Counted from the stretch's first letter, positions 9,126 through 19,062 are shown. The stretch: 64,000 bases of DNA from a virus (IMGVR_UViG_3300037418_001301:11327-75326), one strand, 5' to 3'. Numbers and translations: made by a program. Notes: generated from the sequence alone by a model not told the origin.

Positions 9126-10648
9126 GCAAATACGAAGACCGCGCCGCTGCCATGGCAAGGACACGCGACAATCCGTTTGAGCGGCAGTTGCCGGCGAACA
9201 TCGAAGCGGAACAGGCGCTCTTGGGAAGTCTGTTGGTAAACAATGCCGCCTATCACGCCATTCTCCCAACCGGCATCGAGGCCAAGCATTTCTATGAGCC
9301 GATCCATCGGACGATATTTGAGGCAGCGAAATCCTGCATAACGTCCAACAAGATTGCAAACCCAGTTACCATTCGCTCGTTCATCGCGCCTGATATTCTC
9401 AATAAACCCATTGGCGATATGACAGTAGGAGGATACACGGCAAGGCTTTGCTCAGAAGCTACCTCGATCGTCAACGCCCCCGACTATGCCGGCGCTGTCA
9501 TCTTCTACGCCCACCGCCGCGATGTTCTTCCAGCAGCGGATATCATTGACACAGCCGCCTGCAATGCACAGGACGAACTCGCCTTTGTCGACCAGATCAG
9601 AGACGCGCGGGACCGGCTGACGAACACCATCAATGCGATCGAGGGGCAGGGGGCGCAGGACGACGACCAGATCGTTGACGCCTATCTCCAGATGATCACG
9701 GGCGAGAACGAAGCCACTGGCGCCGATGGAATTCCGCTGCCTTTCCCAGACTTCGAATATCTCATCAACGACAACATGCTTCGCCCTGGAAGGACATACG
9801 GAATTCTAGGGGCAAGCGCTGAAGGGAAAACATCTCTGACGCTACAGGTTGTCTATGCGGCGCTGATTGCTGGACATCCGGTTTGCATCTTGTCCTTTGA
9901 TCAGGATCAGATGGAAATTCTGGCGCAGATCACGGCGCAGCAGGAAGGCATACCGTTCTCATCACAAATCCAGAACTCGCGAAATCATCAGCGTCTTAGC
10001 CAGCACCAGATTGACCAGGCGTATGGCTTCATTCGAAAGCTGAAACGGAGGCCGTTCGAGATTATCCAATGCCGGACTTCTGACACGGTGCAGAAGCTTG
10101 AAACCAAAATGGACGGGTTTCTCCGGCGGCGCACCAATGGAAAGATGCCACTCTTCGTTTTCGACCATATCCGGGCGATCAAGCCCGCGGCGCAGGCAGA
10201 CGAAGGCACCAAAGCCCTGCAGATTGGACAGGATATCCACGACGCAATGAAAGCCCGCAGAAGCGCCGGTTGGGTGCTCCAGCAACGATCGACAACTGGC
10301 CTCAAGCGTGAGAACCCGCGGCCTGCCTCCGCCGACCTATTCGGAGGAGACTCGGCAAAGCAGCCGTTCGATGTAATTTTCTACGTCTTCCGGGCCAGTG
10401 AGCACCGCGACGAACAGGTGAGGACGGCGAAGGAAGAAAAAGACGTGGCTGGTATCAAAGAACGGTTCAACCGTATCTACGGTAGGGACCGCAATGACGA
10501 ATACATCCCGATCGAGAATTGTGTTGAGCTTGGGCTCATCAAGAACCGCTTCGGGCCGAAGAACCGCCGGGCTCACCTAGCCTTCGATCCAGATTACACG
10601 CGGTTTTCATCTCGACGCCAGCAGGATCAATGGGAGTTGCTGCCATGA
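9122..10648 (+). CDS. dnaB: DnaB-like replicative helicase
   Basis: LPANIEAEQALLGSLLVNN N-terminal domain; Walker A GASAEGKTS; FVFDH; KNRFGP. Confidence 0.85.
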   Translation: MSKYEDRAAAMARTRDNPFERQLPANIEAEQALLGSLLVNNAAYHAILPTGIEAKHFYEPIHRTIFEAAKSCITSNKIANPVTIRSFIAPDILNKPIGDMTVGGYTARLCSEATSIVNAPDYAGAVIFYAHRRDVLPAADIIDTAACNAQDELAFVDQIRDARDRLTNTINAIEGQGAQDDDQIVDAYLQMITGENEATGADGIPLPFPDFEYLINDNMLRPGRTYGILGASAEGKTSLTLQVVYAALIAGHPVCILSFDQDQMEILAQITAQQEGIPFSSQIQNSRNHQRLSQHQIDQAYGFIRKLKRRPFEIIQCRTSDTVQKLETKMDGFLRRRTNGKMPLFVFDHIRAIKPAAQADEGTKALQIGQDIHDAMKARRSAGWVLQQRSTTGLKRENPRPASADLFGGDSAKQPFDVIFYVFRASEHRDEQVRTAKEEKDVAGIKERFNRIYGRDRNDEYIPIENCVELGLIKNRFGPKNRRAHLAFDPDYTRFSSRRQQDQWELLP

Positions 10649-10980
10649 TCACCGCCTCAATCGCCCGCGCCATCAACACGCCGAAGGGATGGCAAGCCGA
10701 ATATCACTTGGCTGGCGAGACGGAGCCGCACAAGCTCTGTGACGCGCTCGGCCGGCCGCAGATATACCCGACAGCCCAAGACGCGCGTGTGGCCGCCCTT
10801 GAGGCTCTGGTGGCCGCCATGGAGCGCGCCGACGCCGCCTATATCGACCCGTTGCCGGATCAATTCTGGCTGGAGGTAAAGCCGAAGACATCGCTCGGGC
10901 TAATCGTGCAGGCGAAGAAGCGGTTCGCCCGGGTCGAGGCGGGCCGGGTTATTCCAGTCGAGCGGAGGGCGAGCGCGTGA
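10645..10980 (+). CDS. hypothetical phage protein
   Basis: Coupled ORF. Confidence 0.55.
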   Translation: MITASIARAINTPKGWQAEYHLAGETEPHKLCDALGRPQIYPTAQDARVAALEALVAAMERADAAYIDPLPDQFWLEVKPKTSLGLIVQAKKRFARVEAGRVIPVERRASA

Positions 10981-11852
10981 GCAACCCGTACCTTATCGAA
11001 GGCCCAGCGCTCATCTCGTTTTCTGGCGGGCGCACATCGGCCTACATGCTCTACCAAATCCTTCAGGCGCATGGCGGAAAGCTGCCTGACAACGTCGTCG
11101 TAGCCTTCGCCAACACAGGCAAGGAACGTGAGGAAACGCTTCGCTTTGTCCATGAGTGCGGCAGCCGGTGGGATGTCAAAATCCACTGGGTAGAATGGCG
11201 CCGAGGCAAGCCGGGATATGAGGAAGTCGGATTCAACAGCGCCAGCCGCGACGGAGAGCCATTTGCTGATCTCATCGCATGGAAGCAACGCTTGCCGAAC
11301 AGCTTCGAACGCTGGTGCACGGAATTTCTCAAGGTGAAACCAATGTTCGCGCTGATGCGGGAAACGATGGGCTTGTCCCCTGGCGAATTTCAAGAAACTA
11401 TTGGTCTCCGCGATGACGAAGGAGTTCGCATCTTCAAAGGTTTAGAAGCGGCCGAACGACACGGCCGCCGTGTCGTTTACCCGCTCGCCAGCGCGAAGGT
11501 GAAAAAGCCAGACATCTGGAAATTCTGGCTTGGCGAGAACCGTGATCCAAAGCATCTCACCAACCCATTGCCGCAGGGCTTTGATCTCGGTCTCTATCCG
11601 TGGGAAGGAAACTGCACGCTTTGCTTCCAGAAGGGTAAGGGCATCCGCAAGCGGTACATCCGAGAAAACCCGTCTGAGCCAGCGTGGTGGATAGCCCAAG
11701 AGGTCAGTCAAAACGGATGGTTCGATAAGCGCGATCTCGTTTCCGAACTCGTTGCCCAAGTGCGGGCAAATCCCAGCTTTTTCGATGCCGACGACGACAT
11801 GGAATACGACGTTGAATGCGGGCTTCACTGTGCATTGGAGGCAGCGGAATGA
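10977..11852 (+). CDS. PAPS reductase family (PP-loop) protein
   Basis: ISFSGGRTSAYM, FANTGKEREET, RWCTEFLKVKP, GNCTLCF, C-terminal CGLHC. Confidence 0.85.
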   Translation: MSNPYLIEGPALISFSGGRTSAYMLYQILQAHGGKLPDNVVVAFANTGKEREETLRFVHECGSRWDVKIHWVEWRRGKPGYEEVGFNSASRDGEPFADLIAWKQRLPNSFERWCTEFLKVKPMFALMRETMGLSPGEFQETIGLRDDEGVRIFKGLEAAERHGRRVVYPLASAKVKKPDIWKFWLGENRDPKHLTNPLPQGFDLGLYPWEGNCTLCFQKGKGIRKRYIRENPSEPAWWIAQEVSQNGWFDKRDLVSELVAQVRANPSFFDADDDMEYDVECGLHCALEAAE

Positions 11853-12361
11853 TCAATTTCCCCAAACTCTATCTTGATCTGGACGGCGTCATGGCTGACT
11901 TCGACGCCCATTTCCCAGCAGTATTCGGGCTGGACCACAAATCACTTGCCGATGATGAAATGTGGCTGCAGATCAACGCTCACCCCTCCTACTTCCGCGA
12001 TATGCCGCCATGCGAGGGCGCTAAGGCGTTCTTCGATGGCATCTCGTGGCTTGACCCGATCATTCTCACAGCCTGCCCACGGACGAACTATGCCAATGCA
12101 GCGCGACAGAAGTGGGCATGGGTGCGGGAGCATCTATCCACCACATGCATGATCCTCCCGGTCATGGGCGGCTACAACAAGCCGCTGTTCATGCATGCGC
12201 CGGGAGACATCCTCGTTGATGATTTCGAGCGCAATACGAAGTGCTGGGAGAAAGAGGGCGGAGTTGCGATCCTGCATCGTGACTTTGCCACGACGCGCGC
12301 GGAATTGGACCGTTGCCTCCGGCCGCAGTTCGACGCCGCAGAAGCGAGGGCCGAAGCATGA
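11849..12361 (+). CDS. HAD-family 5'(3')-deoxyribonucleotidase
   Basis: YLDLDGVMADF motif I; ILTA motif II; K...GDILVDD motifs III/IV. Confidence 0.85.
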   Translation: MINFPKLYLDLDGVMADFDAHFPAVFGLDHKSLADDEMWLQINAHPSYFRDMPPCEGAKAFFDGISWLDPIILTACPRTNYANAARQKWAWVREHLSTTCMILPVMGGYNKPLFMHAPGDILVDDFERNTKCWEKEGGVAILHRDFATTRAELDRCLRPQFDAAEARAEA

Positions 12362-12702
12362 CCATTCCGTTCGATTTGGACTACGATATCTACTCCCTGT
12401 CGCTCAATCTGAGCCATGCCAAGAAAGGCTCCCGCACGTTCGACAAGCTGATCGCCAAGGTATTCGGTCGATCGACGACCGAGCCGTGGTCAACGCGGTT
12501 TGAAAAGGCCGCTGATCTCTTCAAGGAGGAATTCGGAACCCAAGGCTGGTCGCGGGAATGCCTGTATAATTCCTGCAACGGCATCAGCTGGCACGTTCGT
12601 AATGACGAGACAGGAGAATGGTTTCCGGGCCATGGCGATACGGATGCGCTGGCATTGTGCGTGGCCATCGTCAAAGCGAAGCGTGGGGAGACGGAAGAAT
12701 GA
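12358..12702 (+). CDS. hypothetical phage protein
   Basis: Coupled ORF. Confidence 0.55.
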   Translation: MTIPFDLDYDIYSLSLNLSHAKKGSRTFDKLIAKVFGRSTTEPWSTRFEKAADLFKEEFGTQGWSRECLYNSCNGISWHVRNDETGEWFPGHGDTDALALCVAIVKAKRGETEE

Positions 12703-13511
12703 AGCCCACCAAATCCGTATTTACCAACGAAGCTGCGCTCTGCCAGCAATTCATCTCTAAACTGCCAGAGGGTTGGACTGCCTATCCTGAAACTGCAGGC
12801 TTCGATATCTTGCTTATTCGCAATGCAGATGGTGCCCAAGTCGGCATCGAGGCCAAGCTTACGCTCAATGCAAAGGTGGTGCTGCAGTCTCTTGGCTACG
12901 AAGACTATTACAGCTTTGATGGTCCAGATTTCCGGGCAACATTGGTCCCGAGCGGAACTGCTGGTGGTGAACTCAAACAGATCGCCAGAAGGCTCGGTAT
13001 CGTCACCATCGAAGTGATGAGCGATGAAGTCCACGGAGCTTCAATGACTGCGATTTATGGTGGTCGCGTCTATCTGAAATCCCAGCCTCAACCATTTTTC
13101 AGCCCCGATCTGCCCGCGATCGTTTCACCATGGGGAGATGTCTGGCTAGACCATTGCCCGCCCAGGCGCTGCAAACTGCCAGAATATGTTCCCGATGTCG
13201 GCGCCGGCCATTCCGCGCCCATCCAACTTTCCGACTGGAAAATCAGGGCCATTAAGATTTGCGTCATCCTTGAACGTCGCGGCTATGTCACCATGGAGGA
13301 TTTCAAGCATCTCCAAATCAACCGTCAGCGTTGGATTGAGATGAGGTGGCTGTCTCTCACCGAGACCAGGGGCAAGTATGTCGCCGGAGCTAGGCCAATC
13401 GATCTTAGGGCGCAACATCCCGTCAACTATGAGCAGATCGCGGCCGACTTCGACAAGTGGGCTCCAAAGGACACGCCGTTGTTCCGGGAAAAGCAGGAGG
13501 CGTTGCTATGA
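12699..13511 (+). CDS. hypothetical protein with PD-(D/E)xK-like motif
   Basis: YPETAGFDILL...QVGIEAK. Confidence 0.6.
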   Translation: MKPTKSVFTNEAALCQQFISKLPEGWTAYPETAGFDILLIRNADGAQVGIEAKLTLNAKVVLQSLGYEDYYSFDGPDFRATLVPSGTAGGELKQIARRLGIVTIEVMSDEVHGASMTAIYGGRVYLKSQPQPFFSPDLPAIVSPWGDVWLDHCPPRRCKLPEYVPDVGAGHSAPIQLSDWKIRAIKICVILERRGYVTMEDFKHLQINRQRWIEMRWLSLTETRGKYVAGARPIDLRAQHPVNYEQIAADFDKWAPKDTPLFREKQEALL

Positions 13512-14281
13512 ACACCCCCGCTTATCAAATCGGCCCCATAGAGGCCAAGGCAATCGCGGATGCCATAGCGTGCCGTAAAAGGCTTATGGCAGCCAAGCCG
13601 CCAGCGCCGCGCCTCATGCTGGTCAAGCCCGCCGAACCCGCTACAGAAGCCCCACAGCGGCTGCCAGTGGCGTTCGACCATCATGTGCTTGCCTACAGGG
13701 CTCAAACATCCGGCATCGCCTACGTGCTCTATGAATGCCGAGAGCGCGGCCTGACGCTCGATGACCTGCGCCGGTCGAACCGAAGCCACGAAATGGTGAT
13801 GTTGCGGGGAGAAATCGCCCACAACTTGTCAATCCGTTTCGGCTGGAGCTATCCGCAGATCGCACGACATCTCAATCGCGACCACTCATCAATTATCGGA
13901 TGTGAGGCGACGTACTGCTCGATCAACCATATAGCAACGCGGACAAAGCAGCCTCGCCGCGTCGTCACACCTGAGCAGATGGAAGAGATCAAGCGCCGGA
14001 TAACTGCTGGCGAAGGTCTGTCAACAGTCGCTAGGTCGTTGGGCCACTGCGTTTCCACCATCGTGCGCCGATCGATCGAGAGCGGCTGGTATGTCGTCAA
14101 TCACCGGCCCGGCAAGAAGAAGATGCCATTGCCCCTCGACAAGATCGAGCAGGATTACAACGCCGGCATGGCGTTCAGGGCTATCGCCGCCAAATACCGC
14201 GTCAGCACTCGGACGATCAGCCGGGCCGTTGCTGACCATGGGTGGGCGCGGAAGGCGGAAGCGAAGAGGGCATGGCAATGA
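13508..14281 (+). CDS. DnaA C-terminal-like HTH domain protein with additional HTHs
   Basis: GWSYPQIARHLNRDHSSII resembles DnaA domain IV; two further HTH-like segments. Confidence 0.7.
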   Translation: MNTPAYQIGPIEAKAIADAIACRKRLMAAKPPAPRLMLVKPAEPATEAPQRLPVAFDHHVLAYRAQTSGIAYVLYECRERGLTLDDLRRSNRSHEMVMLRGEIAHNLSIRFGWSYPQIARHLNRDHSSIIGCEATYCSINHIATRTKQPRRVVTPEQMEEIKRRITAGEGLSTVARSLGHCVSTIVRRSIESGWYVVNHRPGKKKMPLPLDKIEQDYNAGMAFRAIAAKYRVSTRTISRAVADHGWARKAEAKRAWQ

Positions 14282-14544
14282 CCGATCGCATCACCTGCTG
14301 CGTCCCCTTCTGCCATCATACCCGTGGTGATCGTAAAGGCGATCCGATCCTTGGAATGCGGGAATGGCTTTGCGCAGAGCATTGGCGGCTCGTCTCAGGC
14401 ACGCTGAAAGCCAGACGGGCGAAGTTCCGACGCATGTACAAGCGCACGAGCGACATCATCCGCAAGGTTCGGATATGCAAGGCAGATGAGCGCGCTTGGG
14501 AGGCTTGCAAGCGCCAGGCAATCGAAAGGGCGGCTGGGATATGA
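14278..14544 (+). CDS. hypothetical Cys-containing protein
   Basis: CCVPFC...CAEHW; coupled ORF. Confidence 0.55.
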   Translation: MTDRITCCVPFCHHTRGDRKGDPILGMREWLCAEHWRLVSGTLKARRAKFRRMYKRTSDIIRKVRICKADERAWEACKRQAIERAAGI

Positions 14545-14837
14545 CAGACATCGCCGAAATGCTCCAGAAAATCCCGCCGCACCGCATGGAGTGGCGCGCT
14601 CGGCTGATTGACTTCCTTCTGCCTCGCCTCACAGGCACGGCGCAGGAAAAGGAACTGGTGCTGGATATGGTATTCGCCTCGCTTTCCGAAGCTCATAACG
14701 AAGGCATCAAGGATTGTTCCGATTTCGCTGGTGACTTGGCGGACAAGTTCACTGGCGATCGGCAGTTTGTTCTCAGGACAATACAAAAGCGGCTGCTTCA
14801 ATTGCACGACCTGAACGCGGAAGGGCAGGGAACATGA
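14541..14837 (+). CDS. hypothetical phage protein
   Basis: Coupled ORF. Confidence 0.55.
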   Translation: MTDIAEMLQKIPPHRMEWRARLIDFLLPRLTGTAQEKELVLDMVFASLSEAHNEGIKDCSDFAGDLADKFTGDRQFVLRTIQKRLLQLHDLNAEGQGT

Positions 14838-15352
14838 CTATCGCAGACCTCATCGAAAGACTGGAGAAGGCAACCGGGCCAGATAGGGAACTGGACCGCG
14901 AGATAGGCATCGCCATCGCTGGATGGCTACCGGGTCAATCCTCCACGATGATAACTCCGAATGGCCCAGTTTCATACGCTGGACTTATCTATGTCCCAAG
15001 CGACAAAACCCACTATGCGGACCATCCTGGCTCAATGTATCCGAGTTTCACGGAGAGCGTGGACACCGCCATAGGGCTTTGTGAACGAGTCCTCCCCGGC
15101 TGGATTTGGCGCGTAGCAACATGCTCTGTCTCTGACGATGCATGGGTAATTCCCGACTTCAATTGCCCAGTTCACGGGGAGCGTTTGAAGCGCGACTTGC
15201 CGGAGGTATGGGCGCAGCGCGATCCGTTGGAATTCCTTGGGACAGATATCGATCTCAGGCCATCGGGTAGGCCAGCGATAGCGCTGTGTATCTCGGTTTT
15301 GACAGCCGTGGAGCGGATCAACAAACTGAAGGCGAAGGGGCAAGGGATATGA
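14834..15352 (+). CDS. hypothetical phage protein (LIERLEKATGPDRELD type)
   Basis: N-terminal motif recalled as recurring in alphaproteobacterial prophages. Confidence 0.65.
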   Translation: MTIADLIERLEKATGPDRELDREIGIAIAGWLPGQSSTMITPNGPVSYAGLIYVPSDKTHYADHPGSMYPSFTESVDTAIGLCERVLPGWIWRVATCSVSDDAWVIPDFNCPVHGERLKRDLPEVWAQRDPLEFLGTDIDLRPSGRPAIALCISVLTAVERINKLKAKGQGI

Positions 15353-15534
15353 CCAGCGATGACAAAATCATCCGTGCCTATCTCCAAGCGGCACACCACC
15401 GCGGCGGCACCTTCTACATGGCCATGGGTATGATGGTGGGTAGGATCATCCTGCTTGAAGACCGGCTCACAAGGGCAGGGGTTAGTTTCGAGCCAGACAT
15501 GGTGATCGCGAAGGCGGAGGTCGACGGCACATGA
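15349..15534 (+). CDS. hypothetical phage protein
   Basis: Coupled ORF. Confidence 0.45.
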   Translation: MTSDDKIIRAYLQAAHHRGGTFYMAMGMMVGRIILLEDRLTRAGVSFEPDMVIAKAEVDGT

Positions 15535-15986
15535 TCAACACTGCCGAGGCGATGGCTATCTTGAAGGAGTTCGGAGTCGAGGTGATCCCGTCGAGCGGGC
15601 ACAGTGCGCCTGGAAATACCAAAGCTCTTCGCAGCCTGCAAAGGATAGTCAATCATCGTGGCTACGATCATGCGCGGTTTCTGATCTTGACCTGGAAGGA
15701 ATCAAACATCCGGAAGACAGTGCTAGATGCCCCAACCGCGTGGGCTCTCAGTGACACAATAAAGGCCATGGAGAAGAATTTCCCCGATATCCTAACCAAC
15801 GACCCGGAACGATGGTTTCGCTTTGTTGACGGGCTGCCTATCGGATGGATGCAGGAATGGGCTAGGCCAGTCGATGACGTCAACCCTAGAAGGCATGTAA
15901 TGTTTGGCCAGATTTGGGAGCGAGCTATTCGCATCTTTGGAGCAAAGCAGGGGGATTTACTGGATGACAGGAGACTGAGCGCATGA
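15531..15986 (+). CDS. hypothetical phage protein
   Basis: Coupled ORF with RBS. Confidence 0.6.
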   Translation: MINTAEAMAILKEFGVEVIPSSGHSAPGNTKALRSLQRIVNHRGYDHARFLILTWKESNIRKTVLDAPTAWALSDTIKAMEKNFPDILTNDPERWFRFVDGLPIGWMQEWARPVDDVNPRRHVMFGQIWERAIRIFGAKQGDLLDDRRLSA

Positions 15987-16220
15987 CATCCTTCCTTCAA
16001 AAGCAAAAAGAAAAAACCGAGGCAGAGGAATGGGACTTCGGTGGTTTCCAGAGGCTAAGGCGCGGTTCGAAGGACAACGTCCTTCGGCGGGGTTTGGGGC
16101 GGCAGCCCCTCCTTAATTGAGATAGAGAAGGGAAATGCTGAAATACTGTTGGGTTCTACCACACGCGGCTATGGCATTGATGTTCTGTGTGATATCGATA
16201 ATATCTCCAGAGATAACGAG

Positions 16221-16682
16221 ATGCCGTACATGCCACGTAGACAAATTAGTCAGATCGACGCAAGGACTGGTGAAGTGTTGGATGGCGGCTTTGTCGCCTA
16301 TGTAACTCCAAAGAGGTGCAACGGATTTGGGAGAGGTTGGATGGCATTGAGTCAGGAAGCATCTAGGATGCTGTCGCAACGCCGCAAGGAAATTGGCTTT
16401 GAGGCCTTTGCAGTCATGCACTTCTTGATAAGCACGGCTGAGTTCAATGGCCAGTTCAAGACGGTTAATCAGACACAGATTGCCAAGGAACTGGACATGC
16501 AAAAGAGCAACGTCTCGCGCGCAATCAAGCGGCTCTTAAACTTTGGTGTGCTTGTAGAAGGTCCACGAGAAGGATTGAACAAGGCATACGCAATATCGCC
16601 AGAGATAGCATGGAAGGGCGAAGCCAAAGAGCACATCATCGCCCTGCATGATTATCGCCGTTCACGAGAGGTGCCAGCATGA
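16221..16682 (+). CDS. RepL/plasmid-Rep-like winged-HTH protein
   Basis: QIDARTGEV N-terminus, NQTQIAKELDMQKSNVSRAIKRL HTH, YAISPEIAWKG end. Confidence 0.7.
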   Translation: MPYMPRRQISQIDARTGEVLDGGFVAYVTPKRCNGFGRGWMALSQEASRMLSQRRKEIGFEAFAVMHFLISTAEFNGQFKTVNQTQIAKELDMQKSNVSRAIKRLLNFGVLVEGPREGLNKAYAISPEIAWKGEAKEHIIALHDYRRSREVPA

Positions 16683-17416
16683 CGTTCGAAGACATCCAAG
16701 CGCTATTCATCGCCGCCGCTGGCACGGATCGCAAACTCCCTGATACGGCGCGGCCAACACCACTAAGGGCGCAAGCATTGCCCTACTTCCACCTCGACGT
16801 GGAGAAGGCTGGCTGGATTCCCGCCGACTACATCAACGGGGAACCAATACCAGGCAAGACGATTAGGGAGCGGATCGCCATCAAGAGAGCCGTCAAGGAT
16901 CAACTGGAGATCGGAGATCGAGGGCGGCTTGACGAGGAGGCGGATCGGTTCTGGGCCGGCGGCAGAGTAGCGCCACACGATGTTACGGAGTGGGAGCGCT
17001 GCAACGAACTTATCGTTCATGTCGAGGATACCAGCGAGCGCCGCTGTCTCTGGCATTGGGCGATCGCTAAATCAGGCGGGAGGCCATTCAATCATTGGTG
17101 CTTCGAGGATGAAGATATCCACCCTGAAACAGGGCGCCGACGCAAGAATAATGCAATCCGCAGCATCGTTTTGGCACAATCCTGCGTAAAGACGGCTTTT
17201 AAGCACGAAATCGACGTATCAACTCTGTTGCATCAACCCACCGAAATCATGCATATTGAGGCTAAGATTGCACAAGGCGTCACAGCATGGATGGCCGATA
17301 ACAATCGCCCTCTCATCTGCGATTTCGACACCGGCCTGAAGAACTATCAGTGGGCCGAACGTCAGAATGAACTCCGCCGGCAACGCGAACGGAAACGCAA
17401 GCAAGAGGCGGCATAA
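16679..17416 (+). CDS. hypothetical protein, possible late-gene regulator
   Basis: Last large gene of the early block; C-terminal HTH-like region; role inferred from position only. Confidence 0.55.
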   Translation: MTFEDIQALFIAAAGTDRKLPDTARPTPLRAQALPYFHLDVEKAGWIPADYINGEPIPGKTIRERIAIKRAVKDQLEIGDRGRLDEEADRFWAGGRVAPHDVTEWERCNELIVHVEDTSERRCLWHWAIAKSGGRPFNHWCFEDEDIHPETGRRRKNNAIRSIVLAQSCVKTAFKHEIDVSTLLHQPTEIMHIEAKIAQGVTAWMADNNRPLICDFDTGLKNYQWAERQNELRRQRERKRKQEAA

Positions 17417-17422
17417 GATACA

Positions 17423-17731
17423 ATGACGTGCTGTCCGCGAAGCTCCAGCAGCCTGAGGGCCACAACGGACTTTCTTTACTGGTCCGAGCGCGACGAAATC
17501 CGCAAGGCGGTATTCGATCGCGATCCGCCGATCTGTGTTTGGTGTCATGCCCGGCTAGGCGATCACAGATCGGCGCGGTACTACCACATGGATCATATTG
17601 AGCCGCGATCCATCGGTGGCGCATATGATGAGGATAACCTCGTCATGTCCTGCAAGGACTGCAACACCGCTCGTGGGTCAATGTCTTTGCTGCAGTTCAT
17701 GGCTAGCAGGTCGGCTCAGCAGGCAGCATAA
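17423..17731 (+). CDS. small HNH endonuclease
   Basis: CVWC...MDHIEPRSIGGAYDEDNLVMSCKDCN. Confidence 0.9.
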   Translation: MTCCPRSSSSLRATTDFLYWSERDEIRKAVFDRDPPICVWCHARLGDHRSARYYHMDHIEPRSIGGAYDEDNLVMSCKDCNTARGSMSLLQFMASRSAQQAA

Positions 17732-17738
17732 TTCGCCC

Positions 17739-18002
17739 GACAGGGCAACAAGAGTGCGGTTTCGACCAGACCACTTCCGGACATGCAAAGTAGCGTCTGC
17801 AGCGCGAAATGCAGGACCAAAAAGACAAGGCGACTGCCGGGAAAGTACGGCACAGTTTCGCGGGCAGATCGCAAGATCACCGAAAGGCCGGGTGACCGGT
17901 GCCCGCAACGAGAGCGGTCTGGATAAGTAGGGCACACTGCGGTTTATCCAGCGGGAGGCATCCCGGCCCACCATGCACGATGCGGCGGGGCAATGCCCTG
18001 TC
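17739..18002 (+). ncRNA. candidate structured non-coding RNA (family not recognised)
   Basis: Closing stem gacagggca/tgccctgtc and at least 6 internal stems with UUCG, GCAA and GAAA loops; no convincing ORF. Confidence 0.5.
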
Positions 18003-18102
18003 TAGGTCACGACGCTGCAAGTTCCCTGACCTTAGCCTTAGCGGGCCGAAGTTGGAATCATAGGTACCAGCGCCGCATCACGTCTTCACATGGAGAAGAG
18101 CG

Positions 18103-18306
18103 ATGGACAACCGTCAGCAAGCCGCCTACACAAAGCAAACGTCTCCGTATCCTGGCTACATCAACGTGACCCGCGAGGGTGACAACGTCACCATCAGCCT
18201 GCGCGGCGATGCTCGTGACAATGGCGAATGCGGCCCGCTCTCCACGTTGAAGCTGACTTGGAACGAGTGGCTCATGTTCATGGACGACATTAAGTACAGG
18301 CTATGA
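18103..18306 (+). CDS. hypothetical protein
   Basis: RBS GGAG; 67 aa. Confidence 0.6.
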   Translation: MDNRQQAAYTKQTSPYPGYINVTREGDNVTISLRGDARDNGECGPLSTLKLTWNEWLMFMDDIKYRL

Positions 18307-18478
18307 CCGCCGCCGCCTTCCCCCACACCCGCCGTGCCCGGCTGATCTACTACCTGCGCAGCGGACTATCCTTCATGCTGCTGTCGTGGGCCATGTCAGT
18401 CGCCCCGGAGCGTGAGCGGTTCTCACTCGCTATGTCCGCAAGGGATCATGCCTACAGGACAATGGGGATGGATGTGAA

Positions 18479-18766
18479 ATGAAGGGCAACCCAGATAGCG
18501 GCGACGAAGAGGAGTTCAGCATTGGGCAAGCTCTCCTATGCATTCCGCTCGGCATCGCCATCGCTGGCCTATTTATCCTTTTCGCATCATTCGCTCATGC
18601 CGCGGTGCATCCCGACACGGAAATGCCATCTGTAAGGCCAGAGACGGCCAAGGACGCTCAACAGCCAAAGCCTCGATGTGTGAGGCTTCGCACTGCGATC
18701 GTCACTGTACGCCTCGCTAATGGTGCAGTGCTGATAGCCCCTATGACTATTGCGGTGCCGTGCTGA
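18479..18766 (+). CDS. small membrane/exported protein
   Basis: Hydrophobic segment ALLCIPLGIAIAGLFILFASFAHA. Confidence 0.5.
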   Translation: MKGNPDSGDEEEFSIGQALLCIPLGIAIAGLFILFASFAHAAVHPDTEMPSVRPETAKDAQQPKPRCVRLRTAIVTVRLANGAVLIAPMTIAVPC

Positions 18767-19062
18767 TGCCAAAACTCAGGGATTGGGAGAGAGATGGTAT
18801 GCTTCGCGATTATGCAAAGGGTGTCCCACTGAGCGAGATCGCCGCGCGATACGAGGTGAGCAAATCTGCCCCGATCATGCTGGCAAAGAGCTATGGTGTC
18901 ATCCGCGGCTCGTATGTTGATCCAGCGAAGATGAAGACGCCGGTCCCTGAATGTCCCGTTGCCGAAGTCCGCAGACTCGCCGCCAAGGGGCTATCCATCA
19001 CCAGGATAGGTGCCCTGCTTCGGTGCCGCTATGCCGATGTGGCGAGAGTGCTGGCGTCGTGA
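18760..19062 (+). CDS. double-HTH small protein
   Basis: GVPLSEIAARYEVS and GLSITRIGALLRC. Confidence 0.6.
   Translation: MLMPKLRDWERDGMLRDYAKGVPLSEIAARYEVSKSAPIMLAKSYGVIRGSYVDPAKMKTPVPECPVAEVRRLAAKGLSITRIGALLRCRYADVARVLAS

Noticed and set aside
17739-18030. Group II intron, RNase P RNA, tmRNA or tRNA
   Set aside because: GTGCG occurs at 17754, but no domain V was seen; there is no GAGGAAAGTCC RNase P motif, no cloverleaf or CCA end and no tag ORF
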